Below, piece after piece: positions 17,846 to 27,200 of a stretch of DNA of 64,000 nt. Within the stretch, counting starts at the first letter, position 1; each line of letters begins with the position of its first letter. The notes under the pieces are model-generated. The model saw nothing but the letters and a program-made list of their open reading frames with translations. It was not told the origin of the DNA and ran no database searches. The translations under genes were made by a program, and so were the position numbers. The DNA is from Bradymonadia bacterium (GTDB lineage Bacteria > Myxococcota_A > Bradymonadia > UBA7976 > UBA1532), in the NCBI GenBank assembly GCA_046290225.1, contig JBKAGE010000037.1:224001-288000 (forward strand), written 5' to 3'.

Positions 17846-20599
17846 ATGAGATCTGTTCGATTGCCCACCTCCACCCTGCCAGTGTTGCTGGCGATGACGC
17901 TGCTCGCGTGTGACGACGGCGACAGTACAGGCGGGGATGGCAACACCCCGGACATGGGCCCCGCCGCCGGTGCAGGCGGTGATCCAGGAGGCTCTGGCGG
18001 CGCCGCAGGTATGGGTGGAGACCCAGGTGGCGACGGCGGCGCTGGTGGTGTCGCTGGCATGGGTGGGGATCCTGGCGGTGCCGGCGGCATGGCCGGCGAC
18101 CCCGGCGGCGCTGGTGGTATGGGTGGAGACCCGGGTGGCGCAGGCGGCATGGGCGGTGCTCCCGGCGGCGCAGGCGGCATGGGCGGTGCTGGCGGCATGG
18201 GTGGGGACCCAGGCGGCGCCGGTGGTATGGGGGGTATGGGCGGAGCGCCTGGTGGCGCTGGTGGCATGGGGGGTATGCCCTTCGACGACCGCTCACAGCC
18301 CTTCGAACCTGGCGCCACCCTCATCATGTCCGATGACACCGAAGGGCGCATCGCGTGGCTCAACGACGGCGGTCAGCTCAACACCCTGCCCGTCACCCTC
18401 GACGAAGAGGGCCAGCCGGTCCTCGGCGAGGCCGGCGCAGAGCTCGTGGGGCTGGTCCCCGATCAGCAGCTTCAGCCCCTCGTCGGCGCCCACATCCCCG
18501 AGGGCCCGTGGTGGTTCTTCACTGTGGACGACAGCACCGGGCAGATTCAGGCCATCAACCTCGATGACGCCCAGCCTGAAGCCCGCCTGAACTTCGATCT
18601 CGAGCCCGACACCTCAAGGGGCTTTCCCGAGATCCGCGTGGCCACTCACCCCAACGGTCAGATTCTGGTGATGGGTCGGCGCCCCACTGATGAAGACGAC
18701 AGCCGCTTCCGCCCGCGCCCCATGGCCTGGCAGCTGATCAGCGCCGAGGGTGAGATCGGACCGCAGTACACCGACACCAACAGCATGGGGGTGCCCCAGG
18801 GCATCGTGCCCGGCCTCGACGGCTTCGTGCTGCACTGGCCCTATGGCACCTGTGCCACCCTGCCCTGGCCCGCAGAGCGCATTGGCGCGTCGTGGGGATG
18901 TGGCCCTCACAGCGGCGGTGATGTCGTCTCCGACGCGCAGAACACCCTGGCCACCCTGGCCCTCACGGAGGAAGGCCTCACAGTGGGCATCTCCACCCCC
19001 GGGCGCGTCGACGACACCCCTGATCTCGTGGAGGGCTTCGCCGCTCTCGGCCATCTCACCTCGTCACACAGCGGCGAGGCGCTCCTCATCGGCGAGCAGG
19101 CAGAAGCCAGCCGCCTGATTTGGGCGAACGGTGGCGGTGTGGCTGTGCACGATCCCCAGAGCGCCCACCCCCTCGGCGTGCTCGCCATCGGCGAGGCACC
19201 TGCACAGGTGGTCTTCTGGGATGGTGAACTCATGGGCATCCACCCTCTCCTCGAGGCAGAAGCCTCTGTGGCCGTCGAGGCCGTCGAGGCCGTCGAGGGG
19301 TGCCAGATCAGCCCCGAAGACTGCAGCGACGCGGATCGCGACTGTGATGGCGAGCCCAACAACGGCGTGTGTTGCTTGCAGAGCGACGGCGCCGAGCAGA
19401 GTTTCGCCAACGGCATCCTCGCCGGCACCTCCGACAGCCCGCCCATCCCCACCCTCTTCGAGGCCGGCATCGACGGCACTGCGATTTTGATGGCCACGGA
19501 GCAGGACAGCCTCGAGTCCCTCGACGTGGTCATGCTCCGCTGGACCCCAGGCGTGTTCCCTGAAGAGGGTGGCGACGTCAGCCGCGTGGCCCGCTGGTCC
19601 GGCGCCGCCGTGCCGAGCATCCTCCGCACCGATGACTCCGGCGACACCGTCGTGATCATCGCCGAGAACGATCTGGTCGGCGGCCGCCAGCAGGTGGCAC
19701 TCTGGGGTTTCCGTCAGCCAGATGGCACCTGGCAGGCAGAGGCCCGCTCGACCCCCTGTGACGAGACCGACGTTCGCCTGAGCATCTTCCAGCCCACCCT
19801 GGACGTGCAGTTCATCGCCCCAGGTGTCGCGCGGTTCTATTGCGCCAACGACGCCCGCGACGTTGTAGGCGCTGACTATCTCTCTCGCCCTGGGCAGCGC
19901 CCACTCCCCATGGAGTACACCGCCCGCGCCTACCCCGACGAGCGAGTGTTCCGCTGGATGGTTCGCCGCCGGATCAGCATCGACGGCGCGCCGCAGTGGG
20001 TGCTGCTCACCAGTGATGGCGATCTCGACAACGACGTCGACTTCACGCTCCGTCTGTGGGGTGAAGATCGAGAGAGCATCCTGAGCCCGATCCAGAACGA
20101 TACCCTCGATCTCCTCAACGCCACCATGAGCTGGGAAGAGCTTCGGGAGCCGATGTTCCTGCCCATGGAGCCTGGAGGCCCTCTGCTTCGAGCTCGAGGT
20201 CCTGCCAACAGATGGATCGAGGTCTGGATCGAGGGGTACGGCTGGCTGCCCCTCTCGAGCTCTCGCTGGCCCGAGGCGTCGATCATCGTCCCCGACGAGC
20301 CCCTCGCCTATTCGCTGGGCTACATCGACGATCCTGGTCAAGGGCTGTGCAACGACTGTCCGATGGCGCTGTTCGCCCACGACCTGCGCCCTGGAGGCAA
20401 CTGGTGGGGGCGCCCGCTGCAGGATGATCTCGAAGAAGAGTTCATCCCCTTCGATTATCAGGGGCTTGCCCTCACAGGATACCCCTCAGGCGGCGAGCAG
20501 GCCTCGGTGGTCCGCCTGCAATCTGTCGATACACTGGAGGCCTTCCGCATCCACTTCGACGGTTATGTCTCAGAGTGTCCCCCTTCGAGACAAGACTGA
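17846..20599 (+). CDS. Large hypothetical lipoprotein with Gly/Met-rich linker
   Basis: GAGGAG RBS; lipobox LLAC; (GGAGGMGGDP)n tract around 17965-18280; central EDCSDADRDCDG motif. Confidence 0.75.
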   Translation: MRSVRLPTSTLPVLLAMTLLACDDGDSTGGDGNTPDMGPAAGAGGDPGGSGGAAGMGGDPGGDGGAGGVAGMGGDPGGAGGMAGDPGGAGGMGGDPGGAGGMGGAPGGAGGMGGAGGMGGDPGGAGGMGGMGGAPGGAGGMGGMPFDDRSQPFEPGATLIMSDDTEGRIAWLNDGGQLNTLPVTLDEEGQPVLGEAGAELVGLVPDQQLQPLVGAHIPEGPWWFFTVDDSTGQIQAINLDDAQPEARLNFDLEPDTSRGFPEIRVATHPNGQILVMGRRPTDEDDSRFRPRPMAWQLISAEGEIGPQYTDTNSMGVPQGIVPGLDGFVLHWPYGTCATLPWPAERIGASWGCGPHSGGDVVSDAQNTLATLALTEEGLTVGISTPGRVDDTPDLVEGFAALGHLTSSHSGEALLIGEQAEASRLIWANGGGVAVHDPQSAHPLGVLAIGEAPAQVVFWDGELMGIHPLLEAEASVAVEAVEAVEGCQISPEDCSDADRDCDGEPNNGVCCLQSDGAEQSFANGILAGTSDSPPIPTLFEAGIDGTAILMATEQDSLESLDVVMLRWTPGVFPEEGGDVSRVARWSGAAVPSILRTDDSGDTVVIIAENDLVGGRQQVALWGFRQPDGTWQAEARSTPCDETDVRLSIFQPTLDVQFIAPGVARFYCANDARDVVGADYLSRPGQRPLPMEYTARAYPDERVFRWMVRRRISIDGAPQWVLLTSDGDLDNDVDFTLRLWGEDRESILSPIQNDTLDLLNATMSWEELREPMFLPMEPGGPLLRARGPANRWIEVWIEGYGWLPLSSSRWPEASIIVPDEPLAYSLGYIDDPGQGLCNDCPMALFAHDLRPGGNWWGRPLQDDLEEEFIPFDYQGLALTGYPSGGEQASVVRLQSVDTLEAFRIHFDGYVSECPPSRQD

Positions 20600-20770
20600 C
20601 TCATTCCAAGCCAACAACGCATCTACCTTCTGTATCCTCTTATCTCTCCAACCCGACCACCGAGCTGTAGGTCCGCCCTAAATTACGAGAAGTGATGGGG
20701 TTCTCTCACAACACCTCATTTGAGTGAGAAAAGCGTTGCGTTCTCACAACCCCCGGGTAAGTATGCGCGC

Positions 20771-20828
20771 GGCTGGCCGGCTTCGATACCCTGCCCCGCC
20801 CCCCACTTCGGAGTCGGTCAGCCACTTT
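20771..20828 (+). ncRNA. Candidate small RNA hairpin with C-rich loop
   Basis: 16-bp stem 20771-20786/20808-20823 with three G-U pairs on +; 21-nt loop TACCCTGCCCCGCCCCCCACT; short T tail. Confidence 0.4.
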
Positions 20829-20860
20829 AATCCAAGCAAAACTCGATAGTCATCAGTATC

Positions 20861-20909
20861 ATACATCTACAGTGCACCCATCCACAGTATCGCACTGTGT
20901 AGATTGTAT
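20861..20909. terminator. Imperfect inverted repeat between convergent genes
   Basis: ATACATCTACAGTGC...GCACTGTGTAGATTGTAT next to the kinase stop codon. Confidence 0.4.
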
Positions 20910-20918
20910 ACATACGCT

Positions 20919-22331
20919 CTATTCGGTGGTCGAGTCTGCTTTTGGACGTGGCGGCAGCCAGAGGTGAGCAGCTGTACCCCCTCCCTCTCTTCGCTCCAAT
21001 CTGAGCGTACCCTCATGGGCATCTGCGATCTCACGGCACAATGAGAGGCCCAGCCCGCTGCTTCTCTTCTTCGTCGAATAAAACGGCAACAACGCCTGAT
21101 GCATCACCTCGTCGCTCATGCCCCGACCACGGTCGAGCACTGACAACCTGACGCCCCCATCACGTGTACTTTCGACAGAGAGGGCGACCTCTTCAGGCGC
21201 TGAGTCCGACTCGCTGGCGTTCTTGATGAGGTTGATCAAGGCCTGTTGAATCTGGGCTTCGTCGAGCCAGCCGGGCTGCTCAGGTGTCTCACCGATGAGG
21301 CGGCACTGTTGCAGCTCGATCAACTTCGACAAAAACGGGCCCCACTCCACAGGCTTACGCTCTGGAGGCGCGAGCCTGGCAAAACGGGCATACCCTTCAA
21401 GAAAGGTGAGCAAATGCCGGGTCCGGTCTTCGATCACATCGAAGATGCGCACCAGCTTGTCTGCATGGGCGGGCTTGTCGAGGACCAACCGGGCGGAATG
21501 GATCAAAGACGAAACCGGCGCCAGAGAGTTGTTCAACTCGTGACTGATGACCCGAATCATCTTCTTCCAGATGGCCACCTCCTGACGGCTCAGCTCTTTG
21601 GTGAGCTGCTTGATCAGGTACATGGTGTAGCGATGCTGGTTGAGATCGAAGAAGGGCGTACTCACATGATACGCCTGCTCCTGGTCGCCCTGGGCCACAG
21701 TGAACAGCTCGTCGGCCTGGTTCCTCACGGCGTTGGCCATGTCATCGGGGCACCGCGCGAGGACAGCGGCGAAATCCTGGCCATGGAGCGCCTGGCCCTG
21801 AGCGAGCAAATCGTCAGCGGTTCGGTTGGCGATGACCACCTGCCCTCGATAATCACACACCACCACGGCGAGGGGCGCAGCATCGAGCACGGTCTCAAGC
21901 AAGTTGCGCTGGGTCCACCCCTCTGAGAGCTGAGCGGAGATGGCCTCCAGGGCAGCATTGAACAGCTCACCCTCAGGGTGTGTCTCGGGCAATGTGAGGG
22001 TGTCGCCCTGATGACCGCGACTCAAATCATTGAATGCCTGTAACCGGGCGGCCTCTTGTGCGGTGATCTGCCCCATGATCATGCGCGCTCGCCACAAGAC
22101 CACAGCGCCTGCTCCAGCGCCGATGACTGTTCCTGCCCAAAAGGGCCACCCCAAGGCAGCGCTCATGGTGGTGCACCCGAGCACGGCGAGCACCCCCACG
22201 GCGGCCAGCATCCACATCTGTCGGCCGAGTACGCTCGCTGGCGGATCGGGATCAGGTCGCTGCTCAATGGCTGCCTGAATGATCTGCTGGGTGATGGGCT
22301 GGGTGGGGATCCCGCGCTCGCGCATGCTCAC
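20919..22331 (-). CDS. Sensor histidine kinase (NtrY-like, PAS)
   Basis: Two TM segments; WKKMIRVISHELNNSL H-box; NLIKNA, DRGRG, PFYSTK..SGLGL. Confidence 0.93.
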   Translation of the reverse strand: MSMRERGIPTQPITQQIIQAAIEQRPDPDPPASVLGRQMWMLAAVGVLAVLGCTTMSAALGWPFWAGTVIGAGAGAVVLWRARMIMGQITAQEAARLQAFNDLSRGHQGDTLTLPETHPEGELFNAALEAISAQLSEGWTQRNLLETVLDAAPLAVVVCDYRGQVVIANRTADDLLAQGQALHGQDFAAVLARCPDDMANAVRNQADELFTVAQGDQEQAYHVSTPFFDLNQHRYTMYLIKQLTKELSRQEVAIWKKMIRVISHELNNSLAPVSSLIHSARLVLDKPAHADKLVRIFDVIEDRTRHLLTFLEGYARFARLAPPERKPVEWGPFLSKLIELQQCRLIGETPEQPGWLDEAQIQQALINLIKNASESDSAPEEVALSVESTRDGGVRLSVLDRGRGMSDEVMHQALLPFYSTKKRSSGLGLSLCREIADAHEGTLRLERREGGGTAAHLWLPPRPKADSTTE

Positions 22332-22332
22332 G

Positions 22333-23799
22333 TCATGATCCCCGCGTGCGACGCTCGATCACGATGCCGTGACGCTCCATCCGCCGATACAACGCCTGAC
22401 GACTGAGCCCGAGGGCTGCCGCAGCCCGAGCGACGATGCCTCCGGCTTCCTGCAACGCGGCCTCGATCTGTGCCCGCTCGGGATCATCACTGCTGCTGGC
22501 CCCAGCGGAGGGTGGTGGCGCAGGGGCAAGGCGCCCGGAGGGGCGCCATCGAGCCGGGTTGTTCTCGGGAATCCGGCCAGTCTCGAGGCCCAAATCACCG
22601 GCGCGAATGACACCACCCTGGTGGAGCAACAAGGCCCGCTGCATACAGTTGGTCAGCTCGCGCACGTTCCCGGGCCAGTCATGGTCGAGCAGGGCCCTGC
22701 GAGCGTCTTCGCCGAGGGTGGGCGGTGTATCGCCAGGGCCGCCGACTCCGCTGGCAAAATGCTGCCGCAAGAAATGCCGGGCGAGGGGCTCGATGTCTTC
22801 GGTCCGGTAGACGAGGGGGGGCACTTTGATTTCGATGACGTTGAGTCTGAAATACAGGTCCTGCCGAAATGTACCGTCGGCGATGGAGCGTGGCAGGTCT
22901 GCGTTGGTGGCGCTGATGAGCCGAACATCGACGGTCCGAGTGACGCTGGATCCGACCCGCTCGAAGGCGCCGGTCTGTAAAACCCTCAACAACTTGGTCT
23001 GGCCACTGAGCGGCAAGTTCCCGATCTCGTCGAGGAACAATGTGCCATGGTCCGCCGCTTCGAACCGCCCGGTGCGCTTCTTGTTGGCACCGGTGTACGC
23101 CCCAGCTTCATGGCCAAACAACTCACTCTCGATGAGGGTCTCTGGCAACGCACCGGCGTTCACCCGCACAAAGGGCTTCTTCCGCCGCCCGGAGTTTGCC
23201 TGGATGATCTCGGCGATCTTCTCTTTGCCGACGCCGTTGGGCCCGGTGATGAGCACGGGTACATCGGCAGCGGCCACCCGTACGGCGAGAGAGACGACGT
23301 CGTGCATGGCTCCGCTCTCGTAGATGAGGCCACACAGGTCGAACCGCTCGCCGAGGGCCTGCCGCGCAGCAAGGCCACTGCCCTGGGCCACGGCGAGATG
23401 CCTGGCCCGCATCTGCAGCAACCCCTGTACCCGCTCCACGAGCCGCTCGTCGTCCCATGGTTTGGTGAGGTAGTCGCTGGCCCCCTCTTTGACCATCTGC
23501 ACGGCGGTCTCGACGGATCCCCACGCGGTGAACAGCAACACAGGGAGATCGGCGTCGATCTCCCGCATAGCCCGAAACAGCCGAATGCCCTCTTCACCGC
23601 TGGTGGTGTCCTCGGTGAAGTTCATGTCCTGGATCACCAGCCCGATGGGGCCCTGGCCTCTGACGATCTCCAAGGCCTGATCGGGGCCCTCTGCTGTGAG
23701 GGTGCTGAGGCCATGGATCTCAAGCAACACCTGGACGGCGGTGACGACGGCCGGCTGGTCGTCGACGATGAGGACGGGCAGCTGATCTGGTGCAGGCAA
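22333..23799 (-). CDS. Sigma54-dependent response regulator (NtrC family)
   Basis: REC VLIVDD..QDMNF; GPNGVGKE; GAYTGA; LFLDEIG; WPGNVREL; Fis-type HTH; TTG start at 23799 after AGGAG. Confidence 0.93.
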   Translation of the reverse strand: MPAPDQLPVLIVDDQPAVVTAVQVLLEIHGLSTLTAEGPDQALEIVRGQGPIGLVIQDMNFTEDTTSGEEGIRLFRAMREIDADLPVLLFTAWGSVETAVQMVKEGASDYLTKPWDDERLVERVQGLLQMRARHLAVAQGSGLAARQALGERFDLCGLIYESGAMHDVVSLAVRVAAADVPVLITGPNGVGKEKIAEIIQANSGRRKKPFVRVNAGALPETLIESELFGHEAGAYTGANKKRTGRFEAADHGTLFLDEIGNLPLSGQTKLLRVLQTGAFERVGSSVTRTVDVRLISATNADLPRSIADGTFRQDLYFRLNVIEIKVPPLVYRTEDIEPLARHFLRQHFASGVGGPGDTPPTLGEDARRALLDHDWPGNVRELTNCMQRALLLHQGGVIRAGDLGLETGRIPENNPARWRPSGRLAPAPPPSAGASSSDDPERAQIEAALQEAGGIVARAAAALGLSRQALYRRMERHGIVIERRTRGS

Positions 23800-23863
23800 C
23801 TGGGAGCTCCTGGTGATGGGAGGCTTGGGCAGTTTAACAAGGGATTGGGCAAATTTTGGGAAA

Positions 23864-23899
23864 AGAGAGTTTCGGGCACGGGCACGGGCACGGGCACGA
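23864..23899 (+). repeat. AGAGAGTTTC-(GGGCAC)4-GA microsatellite, second copy
   Basis: Four exact units at 23874-23897 with the same 10-bp prefix as at 4627. Confidence 0.95.
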
Positions 23900-24001
23900 G
23901 TTTTACGGGTGTGGGCTCCACGGTATGTGGTTGGTGGTGTCTTGGAGCTGTGGGGGTGGCGGCTGCTTCGCCGCACGTCGTGGCCACATCGGCGTGGTTC
24001 A

Positions 24002-24033
24002 TGGGGTTGCTGGTTTTTCGACCAGCAACCCCA
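24002..24033. terminator. Perfect 13-bp hairpin
   Basis: TGGGGTTGCTGGT-TTTTCG-ACCAGCAACCCCA downstream of the metalloprotease; no U-tract. Confidence 0.5.
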
Positions 24034-24074
24034 CCCTACAAAGCTAGAGAAGCGTTGTGCACGTGCCTCACGGA

Positions 24075-24231
24075 GGCGCGTAGGTGGGGACAGTCGTCGT
24101 GAGGTCGGTGAGTTTGCGTGCAGGTGGGGTGAAAATTCGGGAGTCGTAGCTGGAAGCTACGGCGAGTGAATTTTCGCGACGCCTGTGCGTGAAATCGCCG
24201 GCGTCACGGCGGCTGGCGCCGCCGAAGCGCC
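24075..24231 (+). ncRNA. Long rod-like G-U-rich hairpin (structured RNA or palindromic element)
   Basis: Nested helices pair on + only when G-U pairs are allowed (see findings). Confidence 0.5.
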
Positions 24232-24257
24232 GGAGCACAGCCGCCGAAGCGCCGGAG
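24218..24257 (+). repeat. 18-bp direct repeat GCCGCCGAAGCGCCGGAG x2
   Basis: 24218-24235 and 24240-24257, abutting the metalloprotease stop codon. Confidence 0.9.
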
Positions 24258-27200
24258 TTAGTCCCAGATACCCTTGGTGTTGGGGTTGCCCAGGCCGTAG
24301 GCCGAGATGGCCTCGCGCATGAAGAAGGGCAGGGACACGTACTGGCGCAGGGCCATGCAGGCGCGGTTGGCCTCGCAGGTGCAGTTGGCGTTGCTCGAGG
24401 CGTTACAGCCGAAGGAGCCCTCGGGATCCACGAAGCCTTCCTCGGTGATGGCCGAGATGGAGGGATCCCACTGAATGAGGGGCTCGCCGGTGTTGGCGTT
24501 CATCACGGGGATGTACCAGTCGGGCGTGCCGTCATTGTTCAGGTCGGGGCCGTCGTCCACCACGTAGGCCTGTGCGAGCAGCTCGTTGGCGTACTCCAGG
24601 ACGCGGGCGGCGATGCCGCGCTGAACGGTCTTGCCAAAGATCTGCTCCGTGCCGTAGGCCTTGGCCACGTACACCTTGCCGGTGGGGTTGTGGAACTCGA
24701 TGCGGTTGTCGAAGCCGGGATCGTTGTCCACACCCAGCTCCCAGACGCGCATCATGTCGATCCAGCTCTGCTCCTGGTTGGCGGGCAGGTACATGAGGGT
24801 CCATGCCACGAGGAACTTCTGCTGCTCCCAGCCGATCTGGGGATCGAGGACCGCGGTGAACTCGGGATCGTCGGGGTTGAAGTTCGCGCCGCTCTCGTTG
24901 CCGAAGGTGGTGCACAGGGTGGTGCTGTCGTTGGGGAAGCACACCCGGGGGGTCTCGCCCCACCAGCTGACGTAGCCCATGGGGGCGTCGGGGAAGCCCT
25001 TGTCGTCGAGGAAGGGACGACCCACGGGATCGGACCAGAGGCGCATACCCTTGATGGCGTCGTCGCCGGTCAGGTTGTTGGCCAGCCAGCGGCGGAAACC
25101 GTCGGGGTAGAGCTCGGCGAGGGACACAGCGCGGTAGCGCGCGTCGACGAAGTCACGACGGGAGTCAGAGATGAAGTTGTCCTCGGACTCGGCCATCAGG
25201 TAGGGGGTCCAGATCTTGTCGTAGTAGGAGCCGGCGTTGATGGTGAACTCGGCGTCGTACTCACCCTGACCCTCGGCGAGGGCGTTCTCGACGGGCTTAC
25301 CACCGATGCCCACGGTCTCGAGGTAGCCGGTGGCACCGTTGGGGATGCTCACGACGATGTCATCGGCGTCGATGTTGCCGATGGCGTCAGCCTCGGAGCG
25401 CAGCACCGACTGGTCGAAGTCGGAGTAGTAGTGACCACCCACGGCGGGGCGGGCGAAGGCGCGGGTGAAGTGGTCGAAGGCCAGACCCGAAGCCAGGATG
25501 GGCTCCTTGAAGAAGTCGGGGGCGATCTGGGGCCAGAACTGGGCGAAGTTGTAGCCGAGGTCCAGCGAGAAGTCGCGGTAGATGTTCTTCAGCAGGCCCA
25601 GGCCCTTGGCGGCGTCACGGATCTTGCCGTTGTAGCGACCCAGGGTCCGGTTGGCGGCGCCACGGATGCTGAAGGTCTGGCGGCCACGACGGTAGTTGTC
25701 CCAGATGTGACCGACCTCCTGCTGGGTGATGAAGAAGTCGAACAGCTCGTACTGATCGGCGCCGTTGTCGTGACGGTACACAGCGGCGTTACCGAGGTCG
25801 GCCCAGCGGTCGGTGGCGAAGCCGTAAGGCACGCGCACGCGGTCGTTGCCGTCAACGGTGGGCCCGCCGCGGGGGAAGATGCCGCCCTGCTGGAGGACGT
25901 CACCATCGGTGGTCTGGAGATCGTTCCAGGCCACGTAGTCCACCGTCTGCTGATCACAGACGCTGAACTGGCCGTCGACCTGCACCAGCAGACCGTCGAG
26001 GGTGGGGTGCCAGGCACCGTCGAGCTCCTCGTTCCAGTACTGGGGCTTGTAGTCGTCGGGGTTCACCACGCGGCAGTTCTGGATGAGGTCGTACTCGCGG
26101 TTGAGCGCGGAGTAGTGGATCTCGCCCTCGCTGCCTTCCCAGTCGTAACCGAGGATGCCGCCGAAGTTGTCCTGCTTACCGATCATGCCCAGGCCGCGGT
26201 AGGTGTCGGCCTTGTAGCTGTCGTCGGCGAAGACGGCCACGGTGTCGCCGTAGAACATACGGGTGGCGGCGTAGTCGTACGCCGAGAGGCCCAGCATGTC
26301 CTGGGAGTACTCACCGGCGTAGTCCATCATCGAGGAGTGCATCCACATCCAGATGAGGTTGTCGCGCTCTTCGGCGGTCATGGGGTCGAAGTAGCGGGGA
26401 CCGATGCAGTTCTCACCGTCGCGGGTCACGCCGGTGCAGTCCTCGGTGATGGTGCCGTTCTTGGTCCGCAGCTGCCAGTACTGAGGGCGGTAGTGGTACG
26501 CGTTGGAGGAGCTCACGAAGTTGTGACGCAGACCCACGGAGTGGCCCATCTCGTGGGACATGACTGCGTAGTGTGCCTTGCGCTTGAGGTAGGTACGCAT
26601 GCGCTCGGCGCGGTCGAGCTGCACAGCGGGATCGTCCGAGGCGCTCATCTGGCCGAACTTGGCCTCGAGCATGTCGCCCATGCCGGTGAGGGACATGGGG
26701 GCCGGGGCCTCCTCGTAGATGCAGCTGCCGCGATCGGCGAGAGCCTTCTCCTTGAGGCGGTACATCTGACGCTGGAAGGCGGGGTTACCGGCGCGCAGGA
26801 TCGACGAGGCGTCGAGCACGCTGTCGGTCATGCCCAGGCCGTCGACGCCCATGAGCTCCTGCATCATGGGGGTCATCAGCTCGGCCTCGAAGGTGGTGCC
26901 CTTGGCCTGGTTGGCCCGGGCGAGGGCGAAGGCCTGCACCTGACCGGGGGCCAGGAGATCGGCGCGCACGTTGGCGGCGATGTCCTTCTTGAGCATGCGG
27001 GCCTTGCGCATGACGTCGGCGGGCAGCTCGGCACGCTCGCGGTTGGCGTCGAAGTCGGGGGTCTCCACCTCGGGGTCGAAGGTGAGATCGCGGCTGAAGG
27101 CGTTCACGCGCTGGTTCACCTCGTCGGAGGTGTAGCGACCAGCGACACCACCACCGGAGGCGGCGGAAGCTGCGCGGGCCCAGTCACGGACGTACTCGGC

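Noticed and set aside
23800..23976. N-terminal extension of the response regulator including RARARARAR
   Set aside because: Translation of the (GGGCAC)n repeat; the TTG at 23799 with AGGAG fits the REC domain start
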